A stretch of DNA of 64,000 bases, taken from assembly GCA_903834195.1 (NCBI GenBank), contig CAILIB010000040.1, positions 7,297 through 71,296 of the forward strand, written 5' to 3'. Numbering within the stretch: the first letter of the stretch is position 1; each line of letters starts with the position of its first letter. The stretch comes from an uncultured Candidatus Berkelbacteria bacterium (GTDB lineage: Bacteria; Patescibacteriota; UBA1384; CAILIB01). The position numbers and the translations under genes were made by a program. Under the pieces are notes generated by a model that made no database searches, had not been told where the DNA came from, and was given only the letters and a program-made list of their open reading frames with translations. Below are positions 32,867 to 43,447 of the stretch, in pieces.

Positions 32867-34810
32867 ATGGACCCAGAAAAGAATTCCCCGGAAGTTGATC
32901 CAGACGCACAAGTCCCACGGCCAACAAATCGCCCAAAGCCATCCAAAAATGGCCAACGACCAAAAATGCCAAATATGGGTCAACAGCCTGGTTGTAGTCG
33001 AAACTTTATTTGGATTGCAATTGTATTAATTGCCTTTTCAATACTGTCATTCTTCTACCAACAGAACACAAAATCACTTACCAACATTCCGGTTTCGGAA
33101 GTTGCAGCTAAAGTTGCGGCTGGCCAAGTTGATAAGATTGAGATCAAAAACGATACCGATCTCACAGTAACCCTTAAGGGCGGATCTCAAGTTGCATCCA
33201 CCGTACGAAGTGGTGATGCACTCAAGGATTACAACATCACGCCTGATAAGGTGCAGATTCAAGTTAACAACGATTCGAGTAGCGCTATTTGGTTTGCCCT
33301 TATTCAAACCTTCCTCCCGGCCCTTATTATCGTTGGATTAATTATCTACATGTTCCGTGCCACCGCCGGTGCAAACATGAAAGCGATGAGTTTTGGCCAG
33401 AGTAAAGCCAAACTTGCCAACATGTCTAAGGTGCGCTTTAAGGATGTTGCTGGTCTAAAAGAAGCCAAAACCGAGTTAATGGAAGAGGTTGAATTCCTCC
33501 GCAACCCTGGTAAGTTCCGCGCCCTCGGTGCTGAGATTCCAAAAGGTGTTCTCCTTGTAGGCCCTCCAGGAACTGGTAAAACCCTCCTTGCTAAAGCTGT
33601 AGCTGGAGAAGCTGGTGTACCATTCTTTACAATCTCTGCATCTGAATTCGTCGAAATGTTCGTCGGTGTTGGAGCTTCTCGTGTACGTGATCTCTTTGCG
33701 AAAGCCAAGAAGAGCAGCCCATGTATAATCTTTATTGATGAGCTTGATGCCATTGGTCGCCAACGTGGCGCCGGTGTTGGTGGTGGGCACGATGAACGTG
33801 AGCAAACCTTGAACCAGATCCTTGTTGAAATGGACGGATTTGATACAGATCAAGGTGTCATCATCATTGCAGCAACCAACCGTCCTGACGTACTTGATCC
33901 TGCCCTACTCCGACCTGGTCGTTTTGACCGCCGTGTTGTTGTTGACCTTCCTACTAAGGGTGAGCGTTCTGAAGTGCTCAAGATTTACTCCAACAAGAAG
34001 CCTCTTGCCAAGGATGTAAACCTTGATGCCATCGCGAGCCAAACTGCTGGAATGTCCCCTGCCGACCTGAAAAATGTGATGAACGAAGCAGCAATTCTTA
34101 CTGCCCGTCGTGAAGAAAAGATCATCACTCAAGAAATCCTCCACATCGCTGTTGAGAAAATCCTTGTAGGTCCAGAGCGCCCAAGTCGCGTTCTCAACGA
34201 AAAAGAGAAGAAAATTACTGCTGTACACGAAGCTGGACACGCAATAGTTGGTCACGTACTTCCAAACACTGATGATATCCACAAAGTATCGATCATCAGT
34301 CGCGGACAAGCCCTTGGTCTTACCTGGAGCCTTCCACGTGAAGATACGCACACCACATCGCTCAGTAAGTTCAAAGATGAACTTTCGATGCTTCTCGGTG
34401 GATTACTGGCAGAAATTGCCTACTTTAACGAACCTACAACTGGCGCTTCAAGTGACCTCAATCGCGCAACACGTATTGCACGCGCCATGATCACCGAATA
34501 CGGTATGAGTGAAAAACTCGGCATGCGCACCTTTGGTGAGCGTCCACATGAAGTATTCCTTGGTCGTAGCATGGGTGAAGAGCGCAACTATTCTGAAGCT
34601 ACTGCAGAAGAAATTGATGCAGAAGTTACTCGCATTATTAGCGAAGCTCGAGCACAAGCAACCCATGTTCTGACCAAATACCGCAAAGCCCTCGACAAAC
34701 TTACAGATCTTCTTCTTGAAAAAGAAACTGTTAGTGGCGAAGAACTCACTAAAATTCTCGAAGAGACTACCGGAGTCCTCAAGCCAGAATTCGAGATTCC
34801 AGCGGTTTAA
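32867..34810 (+). CDS. ftsH: ATP-dependent zinc metalloprotease FtsH
   Basis: 2 TMs, [40 protein letters not shown]. Confidence 0.98.
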   Translation: MDPEKNSPEVDPDAQVPRPTNRPKPSKNGQRPKMPNMGQQPGCSRNFIWIAIVLIAFSILSFFYQQNTKSLTNIPVSEVAAKVAAGQVDKIEIKNDTDLTVTLKGGSQVASTVRSGDALKDYNITPDKVQIQVNNDSSSAIWFALIQTFLPALIIVGLIIYMFRATAGANMKAMSFGQSKAKLANMSKVRFKDVAGLKEAKTELMEEVEFLRNPGKFRALGAEIPKGVLLVGPPGTGKTLLAKAVAGEAGVPFFTISASEFVEMFVGVGASRVRDLFAKAKKSSPCIIFIDELDAIGRQRGAGVGGGHDEREQTLNQILVEMDGFDTDQGVIIIAATNRPDVLDPALLRPGRFDRRVVVDLPTKGERSEVLKIYSNKKPLAKDVNLDAIASQTAGMSPADLKNVMNEAAILTARREEKIITQEILHIAVEKILVGPERPSRVLNEKEKKITAVHEAGHAIVGHVLPNTDDIHKVSIISRGQALGLTWSLPREDTHTTSLSKFKDELSMLLGGLLAEIAYFNEPTTGASSDLNRATRIARAMITEYGMSEKLGMRTFGERPHEVFLGRSMGEERNYSEATAEEIDAEVTRIISEARAQATHVLTKYRKALDKLTDLLLEKETVSGEELTKILEETTGVLKPEFEIPAV

Positions 34811-36406
34811 ATGGATACACTACGACGTTTTTGGGGCTTAGTAAGCAGTGATTCTTACACGGTAAAACGTGCCTCTGCTCTGCTAGCCCTGACTGCGCTC
34901 GCGAGTAACGTATTGGGACTTCTACGCAATTTAGTATTCTATTGGCTCGTTCCAAAGGAACAGCTCGACGTGTACTTTACTGCGTTTACGATTCCAAACT
35001 TTCTGTTTAACATTATTATTTTTGGCGCAGTAAGTAGTGCATTTGTACCAATTGCAAGCGAAATGCTCGCAGCTAAAAAAGAACGGGAAACCAACGAGCT
35101 CACAAATCAGCTCCTCTCATGGTTAACCGTTCTTTTTATTTGTGTCTCAATTATCTTAATGCTCGCGATGGGACCACTTATGCACCTCGTTGCACATCGC
35201 TTCGATGCCCCACGTCTTGAAGAAACCATTGGTATTAGCCGCATCCTTCTTGTACAAAGCATCTTTTTCGCCTGGTCATTTACCGTTGGTGGATATTTAA
35301 ATAGCACCAAGCGATTCGCAAGTTACGCCATCGCTCCACTTCTCTATAACCTCGTTATCATTGCCGGTGGATTCCTCGCAGTGCACTACGGAATCATCGC
35401 CATTGCTTGGGCAGTTGTTGCTGGGTCTCTGGCCCACTTCGGTATTCAGTACCGCGAACTCATGAAGACTTCCTACCGCCCGAAGCTTGATTTACGTTTC
35501 ACCCCGCACATGAAGGAAATCAGTAAACTTATGTTGCCCCGCAGTATTAGCCAAGGCACCGCACAGCTCGTCGATGGCGTGTACACCTTTCTTGGTGCCG
35601 GACTTCTTCCAAGTTCGATTACCATTTTCAATGCAATGAACGACATTCAAACCATGCCAATTCAGATGGTGGGAAATTCAATGGCTGTGGCAATTTTCCC
35701 AAGCCTTTCCACCTTTGCGTCACAGGGTGAGTGGGAAAAAGTAAATGAACTCCTCGAAAAAGTACTCCGAGCAACACTCTTTCTCCTGATCCCTGCCATC
35801 ATGTTTGTATACGTAGTACGTGCCCAAATTGTTCGCCTCTACCTTCACTCTTCTACGTGGGAACAAACCGACTTAGCCATCGATACATTCGTTGCATTCC
35901 TCATCGGCATTATTCCAGCCTGTTTCATCGCTATTCTCTCGCGCGTATTCTATGCACTAAAAAACACCCGCACTCCTATGATTCTCAGTGCTATTGCGGC
36001 GGCAATTGCCATTCTCTACGCAACTATTTCGATTTCTGCCGGAGGAAATGTAATTAACCTAGCCATCGCCGAGAGTATCTTAATGGTGACCCAATGTTGC
36101 TTGTACGGATTTGCCCTCTACCGCGACAAATCAATTAAGCTTGGCATCCGGTCAATGGGAGGCAAAATTATGAGCTACATATTCGGTGGCCTTATCTTAA
36201 GTGGTGTGACCTGGCTTGTGCTTCAAGGTATGGATTGGATCTACAATTCTCTTAACATACTTGGAACACATACGGTAAAAGGCTTATTTGTTCAGTTGAT
36301 TGTTGCCTCAATTATTGGCGTTGCAACCTTCCTGGCGTATAGTAAAGCTGTACATAAACAAGAACTACAGTGGATACTTCGGAGAAATTTTTCGAACGAG
36401 AAATAG
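34811..36406 (+). CDS. murJ: Lipid II flippase MurJ/MviN
   Basis: LGLLRN, AFTIPN, GAVSSAFVP, RVFYALKNTRTP. Confidence 0.93.
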   Translation: MDTLRRFWGLVSSDSYTVKRASALLALTALASNVLGLLRNLVFYWLVPKEQLDVYFTAFTIPNFLFNIIIFGAVSSAFVPIASEMLAAKKERETNELTNQLLSWLTVLFICVSIILMLAMGPLMHLVAHRFDAPRLEETIGISRILLVQSIFFAWSFTVGGYLNSTKRFASYAIAPLLYNLVIIAGGFLAVHYGIIAIAWAVVAGSLAHFGIQYRELMKTSYRPKLDLRFTPHMKEISKLMLPRSISQGTAQLVDGVYTFLGAGLLPSSITIFNAMNDIQTMPIQMVGNSMAVAIFPSLSTFASQGEWEKVNELLEKVLRATLFLLIPAIMFVYVVRAQIVRLYLHSSTWEQTDLAIDTFVAFLIGIIPACFIAILSRVFYALKNTRTPMILSAIAAAIAILYATISISAGGNVINLAIAESILMVTQCCLYGFALYRDKSIKLGIRSMGGKIMSYIFGGLILSGVTWLVLQGMDWIYNSLNILGTHTVKGLFVQLIVASIIGVATFLAYSKAVHKQELQWILRRNFSNEK

Positions 36407-36807
36407 ATCGCACACCCTACTCGGCCTTTGGCTACCTTGGTGTTGTAGTTCTGCTTATTTTTGTTGCTGGTGGGTTTGCCCTTTCTAAGGTAAATACCTA
36501 TGTGAAAGACCATAATTGGGGAACACTCGGTTCAACTTCAGGTGCAACAGATGCTCTTCTCAATAACGCAAATGCAGCTGCCGATGCTGCCCTTACTCCT
36601 GCTCAAGCTGCAGTAAAAGATGCTGAAAAACAAGCAGCCGATGCAGCCCAGGCCGCAGCCACGCAAGCACTTCTGAATCAAAAGGATGCTGTAATTAAAG
36701 ATGTAACTGATTCAGCACATGCTGCCATGCAAAGCGCTGCTCCTAGTGCCGCAGCTTCTGCGGCGACATCTGGACAGGAACAGTTTCAAAAATATTTAGG
36801 GCAATAA
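36370..36807 (+). CDS. Hypothetical single-TM Ala-rich protein
   Basis: 145 aa, one TM; start uncertain (overlaps murJ). Confidence 0.6.
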   Translation: MDTSEKFFEREIDRTPYSAFGYLGVVVLLIFVAGGFALSKVNTYVKDHNWGTLGSTSGATDALLNNANAAADAALTPAQAAVKDAEKQAADAAQAAATQALLNQKDAVIKDVTDSAHAAMQSAAPSAAASAATSGQEQFQKYLGQ

Positions 36808-36824
36808 TATAAGACATTTACTAT

Positions 36825-37706
36825 ATGGAAAATGAACAACAGCCATCATCTGGCAAGCTATGGGTAACCATTGGAGCAAGCGTACTTGTAACTGGACTTG
36901 TTGTCGGCGGGGCAATGTTTGCATATGCAAAACAACAGCAGAATAACGCAAATTCAACCAGTAGCTCATTGCAAGCACAGATCGACAAACTCAATAGCGA
37001 TCTCGCAATTTCACGTATTACACCTTTGCCTGACGTTACCCCAACGCCAACAGCTACTCCGTTGGCTACACCAACTCCAACCACTACCCCAACTACTGCT
37101 CCAGCTTCCACTCCGACACCTACCTCAACTCCAGTTGCTACACCTACACCAACCCCAAGTAGTACCATATTTAAGTCACCATACTTTTCGGTAACCGTAC
37201 CATCTGACTGGAAAGCCACAAGTGCACGATCAAGTGCTGAAGCAGTAAATATAACGAAGGGAAATTATATACTGTACATCAACACCCACGCAAGCCAGGT
37301 AGGCGGTGGGTTCGGAGGAAGATTTAGTGAAATCGCGATGGGAGCACCAAGCGCTGATGCCACAATAACAGAGTGGCCAACCGATCCATGCTTAACCCCA
37401 ATTTACACTCCAACAACCGGAAATTACCTCTACAGTAGCCGAGGAGACTTGTACGTCGACAAAACTGCACCTTCTTGGTGCAACATTCCTACTACTGGTA
37501 CTGCATGGTACTTTTCATACATTACTGGAAGTAAAGGATACTATTTCAATCAGTACACTAACACTGGTAATGACGCACTCGTAATTACCATGGCGTACAA
37601 CACAAGTTCAGTAAACAACCTTCCTAAGAAAGGTGATGCGAGCCTAACCGCAGCGCTAGATGCAATGACTTCGATTGCGAGCACACTGCACATTGTTGGC
37701 CACTAG
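36825..37706 (+). CDS. Membrane-anchored surface protein with Pro/Thr stalk
   Basis: TM, LQAQIDKL coiled coil, PT repeats, FSVTVPSDW domain. Confidence 0.75.
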   Translation: MENEQQPSSGKLWVTIGASVLVTGLVVGGAMFAYAKQQQNNANSTSSSLQAQIDKLNSDLAISRITPLPDVTPTPTATPLATPTPTTTPTTAPASTPTPTSTPVATPTPTPSSTIFKSPYFSVTVPSDWKATSARSSAEAVNITKGNYILYINTHASQVGGGFGGRFSEIAMGAPSADATITEWPTDPCLTPIYTPTTGNYLYSSRGDLYVDKTAPSWCNIPTTGTAWYFSYITGSKGYYFNQYTNTGNDALVITMAYNTSSVNNLPKKGDASLTAALDAMTSIASTLHIVGH

Positions 37707-37993
37707 AACTCAACCCAGAAGTACACACACTTCTCTGCTCCCACCTGAACCTCGTGGAGCATATCGGGCAGAAACGTAACCCTATCACCTCTTGATAGGG
37801 TTACTGTTTTATCATCAATTGTAACTGTCATCTCTCCCTGCAAGATAACAATAATATTTGTGGTTTCATGAGAGTGAGGTTCATAGAAGTACCCTGCATC
37901 ATCATACTCAAGCACTGGAATAAATCCTTCAACGAGTAGGCCAGACCTTACCTCTTCGTCAGTTTTACCCTCGTACCGTTTATGTTCAATCAT
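37703..37993 (-). CDS. Cupin domain protein
   Basis: PHSHE..ILQGEM..LSRGD..PDMLHEV. Confidence 0.88.
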   Translation of the reverse strand: MIEHKRYEGKTDEEVRSGLLVEGFIPVLEYDDAGYFYEPHSHETTNIIVILQGEMTVTIDDKTVTLSRGDRVTFLPDMLHEVQVGAEKCVYFWVEF

Positions 37994-37995
37994 TA

Positions 37996-38559
37996 CTAAG
38001 CAGCTACTGGTAAGTACACTTTAACCAGTTCACCCTGTCGAATTACTCCAGCTCGCTCCACCCAACCTACCAGACCACGTTTGTGTAAAGCTGATTTACT
38101 GAATAAACGTTCTTGAGCTTCTGTAATTGTAGGATCTTCTTGTCGCATTGCGCGAGCTGGGAAAACACAGGGAAGATTTTCAGCATATTCCAAAAGTACA
38201 ACTCCATTTTCAAATACAAATCGTGTCAGTGGAGGCAGCTGTGTAAATGCTGCATGACCACTGAAAAGTATATTTGCGCCCAACCATTCAGGTTTTACTT
38301 CAGGAATACCCATACCCTCTGCAATTTCAGCGAGCTCTTCAACCGAAACAGCCGACCACTGCCGAGAGTTCCAAATTTCAGTTCCTTTTTCGTGAAAACG
38401 TTTTTCACGCACCCCAGCAGTTTTACTAAACCCAAAATGCCTATCTTTTCGAACTCCTTCAAGCGAAATGTCAATTTTTTCACAGGCAGTAGAAAGAAGA
38501 TCTTTGTTCCCGACCATTACCGACTCAACTTTGAGCACAAAATCTGGATGCATACACAA
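37996..38559 (-). CDS. MOSC domain protein
   Basis: GVRKDRH, RQWSAVS, LGANI, ENLPCVFP, RGLVGWVERAGVI. Confidence 0.88.
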   Translation of the reverse strand: MCMHPDFVLKVESVMVGNKDLLSTACEKIDISLEGVRKDRHFGFSKTAGVREKRFHEKGTEIWNSRQWSAVSVEELAEIAEGMGIPEVKPEWLGANILFSGHAAFTQLPPLTRFVFENGVVLLEYAENLPCVFPARAMRQEDPTITEAQERLFSKSALHKRGLVGWVERAGVIRQGELVKVYLPVAA

Positions 38560-38678
38560 TTAGGCTAATATTTTTATTACTATAGTGAGAAATTCTAACA
38601 AGTTCTACTCCGGACCCCTCGAATCTCGTGGATTTTTCTGGTATGGTACAGACTAAGCACAAAATAAAATAGTACACT

Positions 38679-40463
38679 TTGGATCACATCCGAAACTTCT
38701 GTATCATCGCCCACATCGACCATGGTAAGTCCACATTGGCTGACCGCATGCTTGAAGTTACCCAAACCGTGGTTCAGCGCGAGATGAAAGAGCAGCTTCT
38801 GGACCAAATGGACCTCGAGCGCGAACGTGGTATCACCATTAAATTGCAGCCGGTGCGCATGCACCATACAGTTGATGGGAGTGACTACATTCTCAACCTC
38901 ATCGACACTCCGGGTCACGTTGACTTCTCCTACGAAGTTTCCCGCTCTCTAGCGGCTGTAGAAGGCGCAATTTTGCTCGTTGATGCATCACAGGGTGTAC
39001 AGGCTCAAACCCTCACCACGCTGTACCAGGCGATTGAACAAGACCTAACCATCATCCCGGTTATCAATAAGATTGACCTCCCCCACGCCGAGCCTGAGCG
39101 TCGGGCTGAAGAGTTGATGAACTTGATCGGCTGTGCCCGTGAAGATATTCTCTTCGCGTCTGGAAAAACTGGGGCCGGTGTTAAGGAAATTCTTGACCGT
39201 GTTGTGCGCGACGTTCCCGTACCAAGTGGTAATCCTGAAGCTCCCCTGCGTGCCCTCGTTTTTGACTGTATCTTCGATCCATACCGAGGTGTGGTTGCCT
39301 ACGTTCGCTTAGTTGATGGCTCGCTCGATAACCGCAAAACAGTGCAGTTAATTCAAGGACGCAAAGAAACAGAAGCGCTTGAAATTGGGTACTTTCTCCC
39401 CCAACGTCACGATGCACCAACGTTAAAAACAGGTGAAATTGGCTATATTATTACCGGCCTCAAAGAAGTAGGAGAAATTGGTATTGGTGACACCTTTACC
39501 TCAGCAGGAACAAACCTTCCTGAGGCACTTCCGGGTTACCGTATTGTTACACCGATGGTTTTCGCATCACTCTACCCATCTGACTCAGACGATTACAACA
39601 CCTTACGTGATGCAATCGGCAAGTATAAATTGAACGACTCAGCCTTGTCGTACATGCCTGAAAACTCACCAGCACTTGGCTTTGGATTTCGCTGTGGTTT
39701 TCTCGGCATGTTGCATATGGAAATCGTTATGGAACGCTTGTTCCGCGAATATAATGTTGACGTTATTGCCACCGTTCCGTCAGTAGCTTACGAAGTCTAC
39801 ACGACAACAAACGAACGTATGGAAGTTCACAATCCCGCCGAACTTCCTGATGTCACACGTATCAAGACCATCGCCGAGCCATGGGTAAAAGTTGAAGTAG
39901 TTACTCCAAAAGACTACATGGGAAATATAATGGATCTCACCCAACGTCATCGCGGTACGTTTAAAGGAACTCAATTCCTCGACGCTAATCGTGTAGTTTT
40001 GAGCTATGACATTCCCCTCGCCGAAATCGTTGTGAACTACTACGACGAACTTAAAAGTGTGTCATCAGGCTATGCATCGATGAGTTACGAAGTGACCGGC
40101 TTTGTTGAGGGAGACCTCATTAAAATTGACATGATGGTAGCAGGGGAAAAGTGCGACCCACTATCAGTTATTGTCCCCCGCTCCCAATCTGAATCTACTG
40201 GCCGACGTATGGCAGAACGCCTCAAAGAACTCTTACCAAAGCAAAACTTTGAGATCGCGATTCAGGCAACTATTGGTGGAAAAATTGTCGCGCGCGAAAC
40301 TATCTCAGCCTTCCGCAAAGACGTGACCGGATACCTATATGGTGGTGATCAAACCCGTAAAAATAAACTGCTCGATAAGCAGAAAAAGGGTAAGAAGAGG
40401 ATGAAACAGTTTGGCCGCGTCGAAATTCCCGGCTCAGTTTTTATCGACCTTTTGAAGCGCTAA
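38679..40463 (+). CDS. lepA: Elongation factor 4
   Basis: IRNFCIIAHIDHGKSTLADR, DTPGHVDF, GFRCGFLGMLH, QKKGKKRMKQFG. Confidence 0.98.
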   Translation: MDHIRNFCIIAHIDHGKSTLADRMLEVTQTVVQREMKEQLLDQMDLERERGITIKLQPVRMHHTVDGSDYILNLIDTPGHVDFSYEVSRSLAAVEGAILLVDASQGVQAQTLTTLYQAIEQDLTIIPVINKIDLPHAEPERRAEELMNLIGCAREDILFASGKTGAGVKEILDRVVRDVPVPSGNPEAPLRALVFDCIFDPYRGVVAYVRLVDGSLDNRKTVQLIQGRKETEALEIGYFLPQRHDAPTLKTGEIGYIITGLKEVGEIGIGDTFTSAGTNLPEALPGYRIVTPMVFASLYPSDSDDYNTLRDAIGKYKLNDSALSYMPENSPALGFGFRCGFLGMLHMEIVMERLFREYNVDVIATVPSVAYEVYTTTNERMEVHNPAELPDVTRIKTIAEPWVKVEVVTPKDYMGNIMDLTQRHRGTFKGTQFLDANRVVLSYDIPLAEIVVNYYDELKSVSSGYASMSYEVTGFVEGDLIKIDMMVAGEKCDPLSVIVPRSQSESTGRRMAERLKELLPKQNFEIAIQATIGGKIVARETISAFRKDVTGYLYGGDQTRKNKLLDKQKKGKKRMKQFGRVEIPGSVFIDLLKR

Positions 40464-41187
40464 CTGGTAGGTGTACAGTAAAGGTAGTTCCTTTATGAAC
40501 TGCGCTTTTAAACGTAACAGTTCCTTTAAAGCTTTCAATAATGTGCTTCACAAGCACAAGACCAAGTCCGGTACCTTCCCGGGCTTTTTCTTTGGCTGAT
40601 TCTGAGCGGAAAAATTCTGTAAACAATCTGCCTTGATCAGCATCTGCAATTCCAATTCCTGTATCGTGCACTTGGAATTCGACGAACCCTTTCCGTACAC
40701 ATGCAGTAACTTCTACACGACCATGCTCAGATGTATATTTAATAGCGTTATCAACCAGGTTAATAAATGCCTGTGTTAGATATTGCTCATCTCCCAAAAT
40801 AGGTGGCAAATCTTCGATTGCACCTTTTACGAGATGTACTCCCACCTGATTAGCAACAGGACGGTACTGTTCAATTACAGCGTGAATGACTGCATTCACA
40901 TCTACTGGCACAAGGTCCCGTGCTACTCCTTGATCATGCACTATGCGAAGCGTCTGCAACATGTCTGTCAACAAATGACTCATTCCAGATGATTGCGCAA
41001 CAGCACGAGCGAGCATTGTGCGTGTTGCAGGTTTTAAATCAGTATCTTCTAGCGCAGATTGGAGACACCATTGAATAATTGCGAGTGGCGATTTCAACTG
41101 ATGTGAAGCAGTCATAAAAAATGCAGTTTTCTCATCTGCAACTGCATCAAGGGCAGGAAGTGGAACATCTGCCTGACGTCGTTTCAT
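40441..41187 (-). CDS. Histidine kinase core (HisKA plus HATPase) without sensor domain
   Basis: SHQLKSPL, NLVDNAIKYT, DTGIGI, FFR, GTGLGL. Confidence 0.93.
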   Translation of the reverse strand: MKRRQADVPLPALDAVADEKTAFFMTASHQLKSPLAIIQWCLQSALEDTDLKPATRTMLARAVAQSSGMSHLLTDMLQTLRIVHDQGVARDLVPVDVNAVIHAVIEQYRPVANQVGVHLVKGAIEDLPPILGDEQYLTQAFINLVDNAIKYTSEHGRVEVTACVRKGFVEFQVHDTGIGIADADQGRLFTEFFRSESAKEKAREGTGLGLVLVKHIIESFKGTVTFKSAVHKGTTFTVHLPVSASKGR

Positions 41188-41216
41188 ATGTTCTCTATGT
41201 TCATGACGTTGAGAGA

Positions 41217-42953
41217 TTATTGTAATCGGCGAAAACGTGGAAAAGAAAACCCAACTACAAGTAGAATTATTCCAATCACTAGAAGTAGCATAATCCGCTG
41301 CAGAATTGAGAGGTCAGGATTTGTTGAAAAAGCTACAGTCAGGAAAGAAATAATAAACGTTGCAGCACCTAAATATGTGAGTAATCGAAGACGCAACAAT
41401 GAGCCTCCTACCATGCCTACGAGAGACAATACTAACCAAAGGAGAGTTTGCGCAACTGAAGTTGCATCCAGGTATATTACGCTAAATAAAATCATAAACG
41501 ACAAGGAGTAACTCGCAAGTGTAATGGTCGGAATGAGCAACTGTTCTATTCCTCTTACCTTTGCCAGTGCGTACCAGTGTGCCAGTACAGGAAGAAAAAC
41601 TGCGATAGTTATACCAACCCAAACACGCTCTTGCATCAATGGAGAACCTGAGTATGTTAAAGGTTCTGGCAATAAAATCAGAAGGTAATTGAGGACTGCC
41701 AATGTTAGTGCACCAAGTCCAACTAACCGTGCCGAGTAACTTGGTAAGGTAAATCCAACTGCAATGACTGCAACTCCCACAATCAGAAGGAGAAGTGTTG
41801 TTGTTGATGATGAAAAAGCAATGTAGAAACAGAGAAACCAAGATGCAAGTGCAAGGGTAAGGAGGTGTTTTGCGTAAGACAACCTCTGATTATGTATCCA
41901 AGCAAATCCAGACAATCCAGTAAGCACTAACCCAGTACTTCCAAGTGAGAGAATCCAACCAAAGTCAAAATCTCGAAGTGAACTACTTAATAAGGTTAGA
42001 AGTAAACCAGATGCACCAACTACAAGTGATGTACGAACTACGTCTTGATCTTTAAGGGTACGACGCTCGATAAGGAATGGAATAATTGCTGCTGCAGAAA
42101 GTATAAGTCCCGACAAAAACCGAATAAGTTCTGTAAGTGTTGTTGCCAAGGCGTCGGAAGGAACTAGCCAAATCTGAGTTAAGTAAAGTGCTGCCGCAAT
42201 CGCAAATGTACGAAGAGTTGCATCTTTCGCTTCCCAGCTATATATCAGCACTGCCGCGGTTATGAGCAATGTTACAGTTACTGCAATCCAGAGCGAAGGC
42301 ATCATCAAAATGGTTAGGTAACATGCCACAATGAGTAGATACTGAAGCGGTTTCGAAAATCCTCGTCGAATTACTTCCACAGCCCCTAGTACAAACAGAA
42401 TCAAGAAAATCATAGTTTGCTGCTGCAAACTTGTTGCTGAAGCTGTAATACTGTAGGTTAGCGCAGCAATTGCAACAAACGTCCCAACACTTAGAATACC
42501 CCAGTGAACCCGCGTCAAATGCTTATTTGGCACATGTACTGAGACATGTGTATGATGCGCAGTTGGCGCAGTGCCTGCCCGTTCTTGATGTGCCAAAATT
42601 CGCGCCGAATCACTTTCTTCAATAACACCTGAAGCCTGCACAATAAGCCAAATTCCAACTGCACTTGAAATAATCAGAAGATAAACAACTGATTGATTTG
42701 TAATATTACTCAAAAATCCTAGTGCTGAAAGTGTAACAATTCCCCAGCCTAGCATTCGGTTCACGGATTGAGAATCTGAGCCGGAACAAAATTCTGTTAT
42801 CGTACTCCAGAGAGTTTTTTTAGGAGTTAGCTGTTGTCCAACTGCACGCTCAAGACGACGCAAACGCGCCTCCATCTCTTGTACCTGATTCTGAACAGCA
42901 CCTTGGCCCATACCCTCCTTTGGTTGTTGTAGATTAAGTATAGTGTATCTCAA
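41217..42953 (-). CDS. Polytopic membrane protein (DUF2339-like)
   Basis: N-terminal ARLRRLE coiled coil, many TMs, terminal RIMLLLVIGIILLVVGF. Confidence 0.65.
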   Translation of the reverse strand: MRYTILNLQQPKEGMGQGAVQNQVQEMEARLRRLERAVGQQLTPKKTLWSTITEFCSGSDSQSVNRMLGWGIVTLSALGFLSNITNQSVVYLLIISSAVGIWLIVQASGVIEESDSARILAHQERAGTAPTAHHTHVSVHVPNKHLTRVHWGILSVGTFVAIAALTYSITASATSLQQQTMIFLILFVLGAVEVIRRGFSKPLQYLLIVACYLTILMMPSLWIAVTVTLLITAAVLIYSWEAKDATLRTFAIAAALYLTQIWLVPSDALATTLTELIRFLSGLILSAAAIIPFLIERRTLKDQDVVRTSLVVGASGLLLTLLSSSLRDFDFGWILSLGSTGLVLTGLSGFAWIHNQRLSYAKHLLTLALASWFLCFYIAFSSSTTTLLLLIVGVAVIAVGFTLPSYSARLVGLGALTLAVLNYLLILLPEPLTYSGSPLMQERVWVGITIAVFLPVLAHWYALAKVRGIEQLLIPTITLASYSLSFMILFSVIYLDATSVAQTLLWLVLSLVGMVGGSLLRLRLLTYLGAATFIISFLTVAFSTNPDLSILQRIMLLLVIGIILLVVGFSFPRFRRLQ

Positions 42954-42970
42954 GGAAGAATGGAAAGAGG

Positions 42971-43007
42971 CAACATAAAAAGACTCCTATGGAGTCTTTT
43001 TATGTTG
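42971..43007 (-). terminator. Hairpin terminator after tRNA-Lys
   Basis: caacataaaaagactcc-tat-ggagtctttttatgttg. Confidence 0.8.
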
Positions 43008-43080
43008 GTGGGTCCACTGGGACTCGAACCCAGAACCAACGGCTTAAAAGGCCGCTGCTCTACCATTGAGCTATAGACCC
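43006..43080 (-). tRNA. tRNA-Lys (TTT)
   Basis: GGGTCTATAGCTCAATGGTAGAGCAGCGGC-CT-TTT-AA-GCCGTTGGTTCTGGGTTCGAGTCCCAGTGGACCC-A-CCA. Confidence 0.95.
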
Positions 43081-43122
43081 GAGTGAGGATCTGTAGACGT
43101 GCTTGCACGGATACAAGATCCG

Positions 43123-43290
43123 AGCGAGGGTATAATGTCGCGAAGCGACATTGACCCGACTACATTCTCTATGTTGTGAGCGAGAGTATAATCTTTTTCC
43201 GTAGGAAAAAGATTGACCCGACTATGTTCTCGGAATAGTAAAGTAGCGAGGGCATAATCTTTTTCTGAAAGAAAAAGATTGAACCAACAA
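43123..43290. repeat. Three tandem REP-like hairpin repeats
   Basis: agcgagRgYataat-[hairpin, GAA/GTA loop]-attgaMcMRac at 43123, 43179, 43245. Confidence 0.8.
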
Positions 43291-43447
43291 TACAATGCAC
43301 ACAATTTTCGTACCAGGTTAATCTAGCAACAATCAATTCCTTTGTCCATGCCAAATATAGTTTTATACTAAATTTTACTCTTTTGTATAATTTGACACCC
43401 AAACCACCTAGCCATAAACTAAAGTAACTATCACAATTATTCTTCAT

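Noticed and set aside
43123..43290. CRISPR array
   Set aside because: Only three degenerate units, the variable part is itself palindromic, inter-unit gaps are short, and no cas genes are present.
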